Source: Anthoceros angustus (lineage: Eukaryota; Plantae; Anthocerotophyta). From it: a stretch of 64,000 bases of DNA. Positions within the stretch are counted from its first letter, which is position 1; the number at the start of each line of letters is the position of its first letter. Position numbers and translations under genes: made by a program. The stretch lies in NCBI GenBank assembly GCA_010909165.1, contig VJWM01000007.1:558001-622000 (forward strand), read 5' to 3'. This document shows positions 34,300 to 49,622 of this stretch, in pieces. Under the pieces are notes generated by a model that was given only the letters and a program-made list of their open reading frames with translations, was not told where the DNA came from and made no database searches.

Positions 34300-37200
34300 C
34301 CACTTAGTATCGGTTCAGTCTCAATACACCTATTCATCGTTTTAAACCTAACTACCATAGCGCTCACGAAGCGCGTAGCCAAACGTTTAAGGACCCGTCC
34401 GCGTCCGTGTCGTTCAAGTTCGTCACTCAACCCTCTAGTCCGTTCTTCTTACCACCCTCACCACTCTCACCATCCTTAGGAAAAGCGCGGGTGGCTATCG
34501 GTCCGGACCTCCTCGTAGCTCTGAGCCTCTCGGTCAGACTCTTCACGCCCTCTCGGGTTCCTCCGGCTCACCGCGTTCAGTCAGTCCATTTGGGCTGCAC
34601 GAGAAAGGGTCCCTAGGCCCATTCTGCACACCACCACCACGTTAGGGTGTCACTAGACCTTGATCGGTCTCGGGGGCATCGGCTGCTCGATGACTCGGGA
34701 CTCGCGTTAACACCCAGAGCACGCGGAGAGCGGGGCATCAACACCAAGAAAGATACTTTACTCGGGCGACCTCGGCCCTCTTATACTATGCGAAGGTCGG
34801 GCGCCTTTATTCACCTCTATTAGGGAGGCCAGCTCGGTGCGCCTGTCGCCTACTATTCTCCTATTCCTCCTATCTCCCGTCGGTGGTGGGGCTGGGATGC
34901 CCACGATTTCTTGGCGACCCAAAGAGCCACGGCATTGCGGGCGCAATCGGATGATCCGGGACCCCTACCTCTCCCAGGGTGCAGCCGGCTGCGCTCGGCG
35001 GCGGCACGACAGCCGATCACCACTAAGTCCTCCTCCCCTCCTCTCTTATCTCTCTGGCGGGCCCTGCCTTGGCCTCAGAGATGGATCTGCTTGGTGATCG
35101 GTGGCTCTCCCCACTCCTGATCGGACCTCGGGACCCCGTCTCGACTCGGTCAGGACCTCTAGTCAGCCTTCCTCTGGGTCCGGTCCTCTGTCCGGCCTTC
35201 TTTACGGGTTCGGACCTCGGGGTCGGACTTGCCTGAGGTCGGTTCTGGGCCCAACCCTTCCACAGGTCAGGACCTCGAGGGGTCCGGTCATCACCAAGTC
35301 TGGACCTCTAAGTCGGACTTCCTTGAGGCGGACTTGGGTTGACCTTTCCTCGAGTCAGGACAAAGTCGGACAGGTTGCCTCCTCCGGGCTTATCACGGGC
35401 TCCCAGGCCCTCCCTTGGTTCGAGGTTCCGGTTGTGCCCTTCCACGGCCTCCCGGGGCCCTCCTCCCTTCCTTCCGTGCGGAGTGCAGTGCTTACCTCGG
35501 GTGCAGTGACCCTTCCTCGTCAGGCTCCTCCCATTGCTCTCCCTCGCGCTCTTGTTGTCATCAAGCAGCGCTCCTAGGGTCCCGTGGTGCATCCCGGGTC
35601 CTTCCTCCCTCGCTCCTCCTTGAGCCCTTACGGAAGTCCGCTCACACTGAGTGGCGCAAGACCTCCGAGCCTTGAGGCTCTGCGTGGTAGTAGGCAAAGT
35701 CGAATCGACTTGTTGCCTCCTCCACATGGGCCGGAGCACCGGTATTCCCTCACTTGAGTGCTCGGCGGTGGGCATCTTTATCGACTGGCGTCTCCGTTGC
35801 GGGCTTACCAAGCTGCAGCGGGCGGACTCCTCGATGCCACCAAAGCGGCCTCAGAGCACCTCCTGCGGCCTTGACTCGGCGTTCTCCTCCTCCCTTTCGT
35901 TCCTCACTTGATTTCTTTGGCCATGGGTGAGCTCCCCTCCTTCCCGTCGGACGGACGTACTTCTCCTCAGCGCTTTCTTCCCTCCGTTCATCCTTTCCGG
36001 TCGACTTCCTTCTCTCCGGCGGGCGGTATCCCCGTCAGACTCGGCTTCCTCCACCTCTGCTGCTGCCTCGCGTCGAACTCCTTGGGCCGTCGCCTATTCT
36101 CCTCCGTCTTCAAGCGAAGGCTGGGCGCTCTATCTCCGCTCGAAGTCTTGGATTCTCTCGTTGAGAACCCCTACCTCCGTCGTCTTGAGTTGCGGCTCAA
36201 GGTATCCTTCATCCTCCAGCTCCTGCCACGCCCTTCTACCTCCTGCACCACAGGGTCCCCTATTTCCGGTCTTGACCTCCAGCTCCTCCTCACGGCTCGC
36301 CATGCTTGCTCAGCCTTGCCGTTGGCCGCGCTACCCGTCTCCCTCCACGGTTCGATCACGTCGATAGTGATCGATCGACCGCCGCCAGCGGCGCTTCTCG
36401 CGTTGCCTTGGTGAGCCTCGGCTGATGTTGGGCGGTAGCGCCTCGGCCAGTCGCGAGCCCTCTCCGCCTCCTTTGCGCCTCCCTTCGTGCGAGATCTTGA
36501 CCCGTGCTTGGGCCTCCTGCGCCCCTTTTGCTCACCACGGTGGAGGACCTTGTCGGTCTTCTGAATCCGGACCTCGCGCTCCGCCTCCGTTTCCCTTCCT
36601 CGATGCGGCGAGGACTTCCGCCTTCTTCCTCCTGGGCGCCTCCATCTGCTCACGGAGGAGCACCATGCGCCTCCTTGTTGCCTCCACCTCCACAGGCTCG
36701 GCCGTCCGTGAGTCCCAGGCATACCGTCCATATGGCAGGACCGCCGTGTCTCTTCCACAGGGCCGGGTGAGGCCCCACCGTCGTGGGGCGGGCATCTCTC
36801 GATCCCAGGACCTCCATACCAGCCGGGTGAGTCGGGGTTGGGCTCTCCGGACCTAATCGGGACCCCTTGGGTCCACGAGTCGTCAGAGCCTCACCTTCTT
36901 GGCCCTCTTGGCGCCAATTCCTTATCGCCTCTTTCTCCACAGGGCTCGGAGGGTGAGGGGTTCGGGGTGACCCTTTTACCTCTCCCGGTCGGAGATAGGG
37001 CCGGCTCGGGTGGGGCTGCGCGGTGGCCTCCGCTCCTTGGCGGCGTCCCTTTCAGCCCATCGCCTCCTCGGCTTCTTGGCCACTCCGTTGGCGAGGCGAG
37101 GCACGCAGGCGTCACAGGTCTTGCGTTGGCGGGTGGCACCGTCTTCGCCTCTTGGTCCCAGCAGTCCGTCGGGGCTCGTGGCTGTCGTCGTGGCTGGTGA

Positions 37201-39900
37201 TGCAGCCGGGCTCCCGGAGCCGCTCATACAGGGCCGCCTCTCTTCTTGCACTGCTCGGTGGGGGCACCGGAGGAGGAAGCGGGGATGTCCTCCACTTCCC
37301 TCGGTGGCGAGTCCGCTCAGACGTATAGTGCAGGATTCCCTCGATCGTCTTCCTCCGAACCCTCTTGCTCGGACAGGGCGGGCCTCCACCTCTGCGCTCT
37401 TCCTTACGCCTCCGGTGGGCGGCCCGGCCCTTCCGGTCGCGTTCCTCTTCTCCCTCCTTGAGGAGGTTCGCGTGCCACATGAATTAGAGCGATAGCGAGG
37501 AGGCTTCTCACACCTCGGCTTGTGAGCTTCACAGTTGATCTGGCGAAGATGATCCTTCCCGATCGCCTCCTTCCTCTGCGGCGCATGCGGGAACACGGTG
37601 ATTGTCACCAAGGTGATCTACCTTGGTGAGCATGTTCGATGGACAATGATCACAGCCCTCTCACCCTCATCCGGCAAGTCAGGCATCAACCCGGCCGTTG
37701 GTTGTTCGTTGCGTCCACAGCTTCGGCGGCGGCCTTTGCCGCCTCTATCTCCTGGCCTTGAGGTTCGGGACTCGCCCCAATTTCCTCCATTGGGCGGTTG
37801 TACCGCCCTCGGGACCTCCAGTCCACCTCTAGGAGTCCTCTCGAAGGCTCTTAGGCCGAACCTCCTTGTTGGCGCCAACATCTTTACTCCGGACTAGGCG
37901 GCTGTCGAAGGTCGAACGGCTGGAAGCGTCCGGGTGCCATTCCTTGACCAGCTCCCCGCCTCCTCCACGGTCCACCTCCTAGGAGTCCTCTCGAGAGGCT
38001 CTTAGGCGAACCTCCTTGTTGGCGCCAACATCTTGCGTACTCCGGACTCGGCGTCGAGAGGTCGAGCGGCTGGAAAAGCGTCCAGTGCCACTCCTTGACC
38101 AGCTCCCCGCCTCCTCCGGCCACGCCAGTCGGGTGGCGCTTGGTAGCGATGTTGCGTTCCACCAAGCTCCATGGCTCCCAAACCTCCGCCGCCTTCTTGG
38201 GTCCCATCTTCCCCATCCTTCTGTCATTGCTTTGAGTGTGAGGCTCCCTGTCGTCCGTTCCTTGGCCGGTCGGTTGCTTCCCTCGCGAAGTCGGCGGGGA
38301 GGTGCTGGCGATCACAAAAACAACACGGCGGGTGTCGGCGAGCATCAGAAGATCGCTGAAGTTGCTTGGAAGAATGACCTCGCCTTGCCTCTCGCCGTCG
38401 GAGTAGCGTCGCGGAGGGTGGCTCTTCTTTGTCCGTGGCGTCGAGGGACACGCTGCGGCTCTCGCTCTGTTAGCTTCCGCCTACTGCAGCCTTACGCCGC
38501 GCGATGCGGGCGTGAATACACCTTATAACCAGCGGCAATGCTACGGTCTGGCTGCTGCATGCCGTCTTCCATTCGGGGCCGATCCACGTGGCGCCGCTTC
38601 TGTCTAACTCACGCCTCAACTTCTAATTACCTTCTTGGGCGTACTTATCCTATTCCATTACGGGTGGGGTGCGGACTTATCCGATACTCCGGTGCATGGC
38701 CGGGGCCGAGTGTGGGGTCGTTACCGGTCGGTGGTCGGGCGCGATCCGGTCTTGGTCAGTGTCTTTCCTCCTTTACGCCTTATTTTGCACTCCATACCTA
38801 CGAAAAAAAACAAACCCGGCTTATTTTCTAACCCCCAAGGAGGCCGGGTTGTCCACAGCATCCTTGCTGTGCGCACACGAATTAGCCAGCCGAGGCGATT
38901 GCTGCCTTACAGTGCGGCGCAGTCGGCAGCCCTCCTGCCCAGATGCTGGCACAAGTCGTGCACCGTCCCTCACCCCACAGTGTACATGCACTTGTAATTG
39001 CAAGTGCCTGGCCCAGCATGTTGATGATAACCCGGTGCTAGGTCACTTGTGAGAAAGGCGGGCAAGTAAGAATAAAGGGGATGGGGTGTTCTTAAGTCAC
39101 ATTAGGGCATAGGATAGGTATATAAAATTGGTCTAGGTGAACCTCCGCCGATGTTTGCTATTTGTTATTTTGTCGAGAGTTAAGCATCCTCGAGCCTTAA
39201 AGGACATGCTTCCCCATTAGAGATCATTTTTTCGCGTTCTTTTGCACAATGCATGCACAAAGTTTGCACATAAGCGTTGTTTAAGCGGCGCACTTATGCG
39301 GCCTGGGCTTCGACCCCTAGTATACAAAACATACAAAACCACACAAATTCACGAAACTCTAGGACATGGCGAAATTATATGGAACAATGAGGTCACTTGC
39401 CCTTCATCACCAAACTAAATCGCCATGAACACGAGTATAAGAGTGGTCTAGGTGAACCTTCGCGATGTTTGCTATTTGTTATTTTGTCGGAGTTAAGCAT
39501 CCTCGAGACCATAAAGGACATGCTTCCCCATTAGAAGATCATTTTTTCGCGTTCTTTTGCACAATGCTAGCACAAAGTTTGCACATAAGCGTTGTTTAAG
39601 GCGCGCACTTATGTAGCGCCTAGGCCCCCTGATACAAAACATACAAAACCACACAAATTGGCGAAACTACGAGACATGGAAATTATGGAACAATGAGGTC
39701 ACTTGCCCTTCATCACCGACTAAATCGCCATGAACCTGAGTATAAGGTGCTAGCGGTGTAAATGACTCGGCGAAGTGGAACGTCGGGCCGAGAATGCTGC
39801 GAACACCTACAAAACCAACAAAACCAAACCAACTTCGGTTTATTGAAATAGGGTTGGGATTTTTCAAAACCCTTTGTGGAGAAACCCTTTCTAAACAAAC
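34300..39900 (+). mobile_element. Probable truncated LTR retrotransposon 3' portion (GC-rich decayed antisense ORF, PPT, LTR-like segment)
   Basis: The polypurine tract AATAAAGGGGATGGGG (39071-39086) is immediately followed by TGTT. The upstream GC-rich tract has charged, frameshifted coding-like sequence on the minus strand. No RT or integrase motifs were seen and the ends are uncertain. Confidence 0.45.
39121..39745. repeat. ~315-bp tandem duplication
   Basis: 'tggtctaggtgaacct..gatgtttgctatttgttattttgtcg' starts at ~39129 and ~39444; the copies differ by many small indels. Confidence 0.9.
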
Positions 39901-40979
39901 GCTGTTATACCGGTTGCAAGCTTCAAAAGCCTCTTATAAAAATGGTAGCCAATTGTGCCATGGTGGCAATCCACGATGATCGATGTGAAATAGCCCTCGT
40001 CTTAACTTGTGATGGTTGCGGGCCGCATTATGCACTACCAGCCCGGTTGAGTTGAATGCCCGTACATCGATATATGTCATGGTGACATGACTAGGCATGG
40101 ATGCCCGATCCCCGAAAATTTTGTATTATCGGCGCACTCGAATGTGGTGCTTCTCGACCTCACTTTTAAACTGAGATGCCCAATAGTCTCTTGGTGCGGG
40201 AGGTGCTCGTTTTTAGCTACAACATTGACGCAACTTACGGTGGTTTGTAGTGCAGAGGTTGAGAGACCGAATTGAGGTGCAAGGCCAAGCAGATTCGACT
40301 TCGACAGGGGAAAACTAGACCCATCCTCAACAACTCTTATAAGCACCATCACCAGCCTGACGAGCGTGGGGACCTCCTAGTCGGGGGTAGTGATGTGAAG
40401 ACCGAGTGTGCTCGTGAGGCGGTAGGCGGCATGCCGGTGGGGCCAGAGCTTTGTGCTAGTTTGTCTAGCCAATGGGAATGGGCTCATGGCATCCGGCCCT
40501 TGACAGGGATAAGAAGGATGCGCACTTGGCTGGACACGTCTTTTATTTGCTCTCTAGTCAAGATGGGGAAGCTTCTTTTTGTTGTAAGTATCCCCGTCCA
40601 AAGCTCTTGAAGTTTCAATAATCCGTTCGAATAAAAACCTGACACATCTTTGGAAAGAGCTTCTTTTGATGATGAGCGCACATATGTTTTTAAATTTTTA
40701 AATCAAGTGTATCTGGCCTAAAAGCGGTCAAAAAATTTTCTAGTGATTATTGTCAAAAAAATGCCCAAAGGGGCCCATCGTTTAGGGGTTAATCATCGAG
40801 ATCGGAATCGTCCTAATGGGCCGCCAAAACGATAGTGAGAAAAACCTAAATTTTATTATTAAATTAATAACATTAAATATCAACTTCCTAATGGGCCGCC
40901 AAAACGATAGTGAGAAAAACCTAAATTTTATTATTAAATTAATAACATTAAATATCAGTTGATAATTGACGAAGAATGA

Positions 40980-41686
40980 CTACCGTACCCCAAGGGGTGG
41001 TTCAACAGGATAATGCCGAAATAATTATTTTTTGAAAAAAACAAGGTTCAACATAAATATTTATATTTTTCAAAATTTCAACATTTACAAAAAATAATTT
41101 TATCAAATTTCAACATTTATTAAAATATATAGGTATATATATAAAACTAATGGATATGTATAGATCTCCCCTAAATAGGCCCTAATTTTCCACACAAACC
41201 CTAGTTTCCTTATTTTCGGCATCATAAACTCATAAATTTTTACCTATCCAACATTTTAAGTATACCGTACCCCGAGGGGTGGTTCAACAGGATAATGCCA
41301 AAATAATTATTTTTTTTAAAAAATAAGGTTTAACATAAATATTTATATTTTTCAAAATTTCAATATTTACAAAAAATAATTTTATCAGATTTCAACATTT
41401 ATTAAAATAAATAGGTATATATATAAAACTAATGGATATGTATAGACCTTCCTAAATAGCCCTAATTTTCCACACAAACCCTAATTTCCTTATTTTCGGC
41501 ATCATAAACTCATAAATTTTTACCTATTCAACATTTTAAGTATAATAATTTCTGGATTTTCAACTTTTACTAATTTTAATTAATTAACGCCGAATCACCC
41601 CTTGGGGTACGGTAGTAATTTCTGGATTTTCAAATTTTACTAATTTTAATTAATTAATGCCGAATCACCCCTTGGGTACGGTAGTA
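40980..41686. mobile_element. AT-rich MITE with 24-bp TIRs, both ends tandemly duplicated
   Basis: CTACCGTACCCCAAGGGGTGGTTC (40980-41003, again at ~41263) is the reverse complement (1 mismatch) of GAATCACCCCTTGGGGTACGGTAG (41592-41615, again at 41662-41684). Both right ends are followed by TA. Confidence 0.8.
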
Positions 41687-41844
41687 TAGGTTCCTAGTGT
41701 ACATATAGTAGAGGCGATGGGGTTCGGCGCTAATTAATTAGATATTTTAAATGCCAAAAAATATGGATATTATTTTCACTGTCAGCCGAAATGCCGAAAT
41801 ATTCCGAAGCGTGGAAATGCCGACCGTCCTGTCGTAGATGGAAG

Positions 41845-43760
41845 TTCTTTGTTTGATAAGGCAAAAAACGATGAGAAGAAGCCCATCCAGCAAGGGACAA
41901 CCAAGGAGAACCCTTAGGGTCAAGATGGGAAGGAGCGGCTAAGCTCCCTACCTAAAGCTACCTACTGCTCCCAAAACATCATTTGCAGGAAAAAACAAAA
42001 GGCCTGCAAACCACGGAGGAAGAGGAAGAAGCGTCACCTGTTGTCACCACGTTGTGAAGGATTGGCATCGAGAGAGCCCTTTGAAGGGCAATGGAGACCG
42101 CTGTCTGAAGTAAGTTGTGAAATATGAAAGGGACAGCCCTGCACCATGCTTGCTGGTGTGGTAGGATTTGGCACAGGACTTGAAAAATTTATCGAAGTCC
42201 TCTGCCATTGCCCCATATGTCTCAAGTGTGAGCGGAATAAAGAGGTGGCCTGCTTGCATTCCGCTATACTTCCTGACCTGGAGAGCCTTAGCTCCGGTGG
42301 CAGCTCCGGTGGCACAAAACCCAGAATACATGGACGAGCCAGAAGCCAAGTGCTTACGCCCTTACCAGAAACAAGAGCGAAGCAGAGCTATCGTAGACTT
42401 CGGGATGAAGGAGTCTAGGAGGACGGATTGGAAAGCTTGGCTGAGCTGCTTCTCAAGCAACGACGCCTGCAACCTCTTGAAACCGTTGGAGATAAAAGTC
42501 GAGAAACGGGAAAATTCCCGCCTAGCATCCGTAGAAAGCATTTCCTTGGCCCGCCTCAGGGACATTTGGAAAGGGAAGCTCCCCTCGTCCACACCAGAAA
42601 TGAGATCCTCTGCAAACGGCCGGTCCTGGAGGAAGAAGCGAGAGGCCAAATCACCCGCAGGGCACTTGGAAGCCCCTGGGCCAGAGCAATGCCTCTAGCA
42701 TGGAACTGCAAAGTGGGGGAGATGCATGACAGGGACAAGACACGGCACTTGAAGAGCTTGACCTTCAAGCCAACCACAGAGAGCCCATAGGAGAAGAGCT
42801 TGAAGGCCTCTTGACCCTGTCCCTAGGCCCGAGCATGTGAGAGCACGTTGTCCGATGGGAAGTCACTGCTGGAGGAAGGCCCGATAGGGCCTCAGAGTGA
42901 GCAATGGCAAAGAGAACACCGCCTAGAAGGTCTCCTTGCCTGGTGCCTATGGCCCATTCCAAGACGGAGATGGAAAATCTTGAAGAGAAGTTCTTGTGCT
43001 AATAGTAGAGGTTGGAAGACCTCCCGTAGAAGCACCGGACAAAAGGGATAAGGCTCCTTTATCGCAGATGTACAATGTGCGTCATGACCGAGATGCCTCG
43101 TCATGTCCGTATTCTCATTCAACTTCTCTTTGCTCTATAGAGCGATACATTGGGAGCGGCTAAATTTACATTTGCCCTAGACCTTGAGTGACTTGCACTA
43201 GGGCGAGGTTTTGTGACTCCTTGTTTCCCAGTTGGGGACCATTGATGTTCATGTGTAGGTTTATGGAGCCCTAAAGCAATCTCTCAAGCAGCACAACCTC
43301 TTGAAGCGTTGGAGATAAAGTCGAAGCAGAATTCCCTTCTAAGCATCCGTGAAAGCATTTCCTTGGCCTCGGGACATTTGGAAAGGAAGCTCCTCGTCCA
43401 CACGAAATGAGATCCTCGCATGGCGGTCTGGAAGGAAAGGCGAGAGGCCAAATCACCCGAGGCACTTGGAAGCCCACAGGCGAGCAATGCCTCTGGCATG
43501 GAGCGCAAAGTGGGAGATGCATGAGGACAAGACCACGGCACTTGAAGGCTTGACCTTCAAGCCAACCACAGAGCCCATAGGAGAAGAGCTTGAAGGCCTC
43601 TTGACCACATCCACTAGGCAGAGCATGTGAGAGTTGCGCGGTTGATGGGAAGTCAGTCAGCATGAGGAGGCAGCGCCTGGATAGGGCCTCAGAGTGAGCA
43701 ATGGCAAAGAGAACACCGCCTAGAAGGTCTCCTTGCCTGGTGCCTATGGCCCATTCCAAG
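41845..43760 (-). mobile_element. CRE-like non-LTR retrotransposon remnant (RT fragment + REL endonuclease C-terminus), partly duplicated
   Basis: The RT motif 'GTRQGDLLGGVLFAIAH' occurs twice. The C-terminal 'RKYSG...FIPLTLETYGAM...YFRQR' is present, and the 3' end is A-rich (TTATCAAACAAAGAA) near 41845-41860. Confidence 0.78.
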
Positions 43761-44081
43761 ACGGAGATGGAAAATCTTGAGAAGTTCTTGTGCTAATAGT
43801 AGAGGTTGGAAGACCTCCGTAGAAACCTTAGGACAAAGGGATAAAGGCTCCTTTATCGCAGATGTACAATGTGCGTCATGACCGAGATGCCTCGTCATGT
43901 CCGTATTCTCATTCAACTTCTCTTTGCTCTATAGAGCGATACATTGGGAGCGGCTAAATTTACATTTGCCCTAGACCTTGAGTGACTTGCACTAGGGCGA
44001 GGTTTTGTGACTCCTTGTTTCCCAGTTGGGGACCATTGATGTTCATGTGTAGGTTTATGGAGCCCTAAAGCAATCTCTCAA
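42451..44081. repeat. ~0.8-kb tandem duplication (42451-43281, 43282-44075) bounded by TCTCAA
   Basis: Colinear copies, with TCTCAA at 42451, 43282 and 44076. Confidence 0.9.
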
Positions 44082-44544
44082 CAATCTAGGTGAGTTTCTT
44101 TCCAGCGATTACTGAAGATTCAACGTGCCACCTTTGTTGCACGAAGCGCTCCAAAAACTGATGTGTTCCATGGAAAGACGGGAAGATTGCCTTTCCCGGC
44201 ATAGGAGGATGGCGTAAAGGTCTATGGGTCAAGGGGAATGCCCAATCCCATGTCAGCCACGTTTGGGCGAATTGCCGCTCAAGAGGTATGAAAGTTTGTC
44301 CTGTCATGCAATGAGTCTACTTGGACTCTATGGAATCTCTTCGTCTGAAGCCAATCTGAAGGCTGCAAGTTCCCAATATGATCACAAGCTGCATCAACTC
44401 TAAATTAAGCTGAAATTCAATAAAATTTTAAAGTTTAAAACAGACAACCGGACCGTTTTATTAAAAAGAATTGTAGAATTGTACTTTCAAGCGTGAAAGG
44501 AAGCTGTGGTTGAGATGCCCTTCTTTGGCCTTTTTTGTCCAGTT

Positions 44545-44812
44545 GAGATGCCCTTCTCTGGCCTTTTTCGGCATGGGCTCGGGGGCAAAATCTCGACCTT
44601 CTTTTGCCTTTTCCGGCACGGGCTCAGGGACAAAATCCCGAACTTCTTTGGGCTTTTGCGGCAAGGGCTCAGGGGCAAAATCCTGACCTTCTTTGGCCTT
44701 TTCCGGCACGGGCTCAGGGGCAAAATCCCCACTTTCTTTGGCCTTTTCCGGCATGGGCTCAGGGGCTAAATCCCAACCTTATTTGGCCTTTTCCGGCACG
44801 GACTCAAAGACA
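44545..44812. repeat. 39-bp minisatellite, ~7 copies
   Basis: Unit ~GGCCTTTTCCGGCACGGGCTCAGGGGCAAAATCCCGACCTTCTTT-like; gives 13-aa periodic ORFs in several frames. Confidence 0.9.
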
Positions 44813-45428
44813 AAATAAATGGGGAGATACAAGAAGATCATTACAAGAAAAGAAATCCAAGAAAATTTAATAAATCCAAAAAAATTTGATAGACAATCAT
44901 CGGGAGAAACGGCGGGGCCTTTCACATAATGGACTCTGGCAGCAAGCTTCTATCCCAACTATCCTAACTGGGGTCATAAGACCCCCAGAAATTAAGGCAG
45001 TCCGAAGCTCGAAGATGGCACCGGAAAAAGGAAACTCCTCACATACGGGCCCCTCGCTCTGCAAGGGGAAAAGAGGGACGTCAACAATGGTTGGGTGTGA
45101 ATTCCTTGCACCAGGCTTTCTCATTATCGCGATTTTCCCCGGCACCAGGTTCCTACTATAACGGGAGTTTCATGTTGGTGTGTGCTTCAGGGAAGCACTT
45201 GCGACAGAGCACGAGAGCTCAACACTAAGGTCTCGCACAGGTGCTCTGGATTTTAAAGAGCACCTGTGTGCTCTGATTTACAGGGCACTTGTGTGCTAAG
45301 ATCGATTGCGCTTCGATGCAACTTGTGGAGGCCATGCAAGGGCGCCTTACCGTGGTTTCATGTTGGTGTGTGCGTTTCCTGAACCAAATCAGGGGCAATC
45401 AAACCAGGGGTGTATTGTGGCCACCAAA

Positions 45429-49089
<3,661 letters not shown>

Positions 49090-49622
49090 GCTCGTAATTC
49101 TGTGTGGTCAGTTGTTGATGTCCGAAGTTCCGTCACTTCCTGTTTCATAGATCACTCATATGGGCATCCAGCCTTCTACGACTCTCTCCCAGGAGCCAGC
49201 GATTCTACGACAAAAGGGAAACCCAGCTCCCAAAAGATAACATAGATAGCTTTGGGAGGTTTCTCATGCAGGAGGTCTCCCTAAACAGAAACCCTGCCAA
49301 AGGCATAGGAAGGAAACCCTTCGCTTTCGGCTCCCATAGGTCTGAAATGATCGAAATCGAAAACTCATTCTCGACTTCAACATTTGAAATGGCCAGGAAG
49401 GCAGAAAGCCACTCCAAGTCTTAAAAGAGGCCGTAGATACATCTGCACGCAGGAAATGAGGCTTCTGTGCTCGGTCGGGTGCAGTCACGGTCTCGGTCAC
49501 GACTTGCGCCATGCTGTCAGTTCGCCACTCCTGTTGTCTGCCTCTCCGCTACTCTAGTTCGTTTCCGTGCTACCTGCAGTGCTGTGATCTCCCGCCGTCG
49601 CTCTGCCCCCTTTCCCCGCGTC

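Noticed and set aside
39900-40680. Possible coding remnant (also 9600-10300, 30200-31200 and 44080-44400)
   Set aside because: The frames are short and stop-ridden with no motif I can recognise; they cannot be called without a homology search.
44461-44870. 13-aa repeat ORFs as a real protein
   Set aside because: Several frames on both strands are open simply because the 39-bp unit lacks stops; there is no flanking gene structure.
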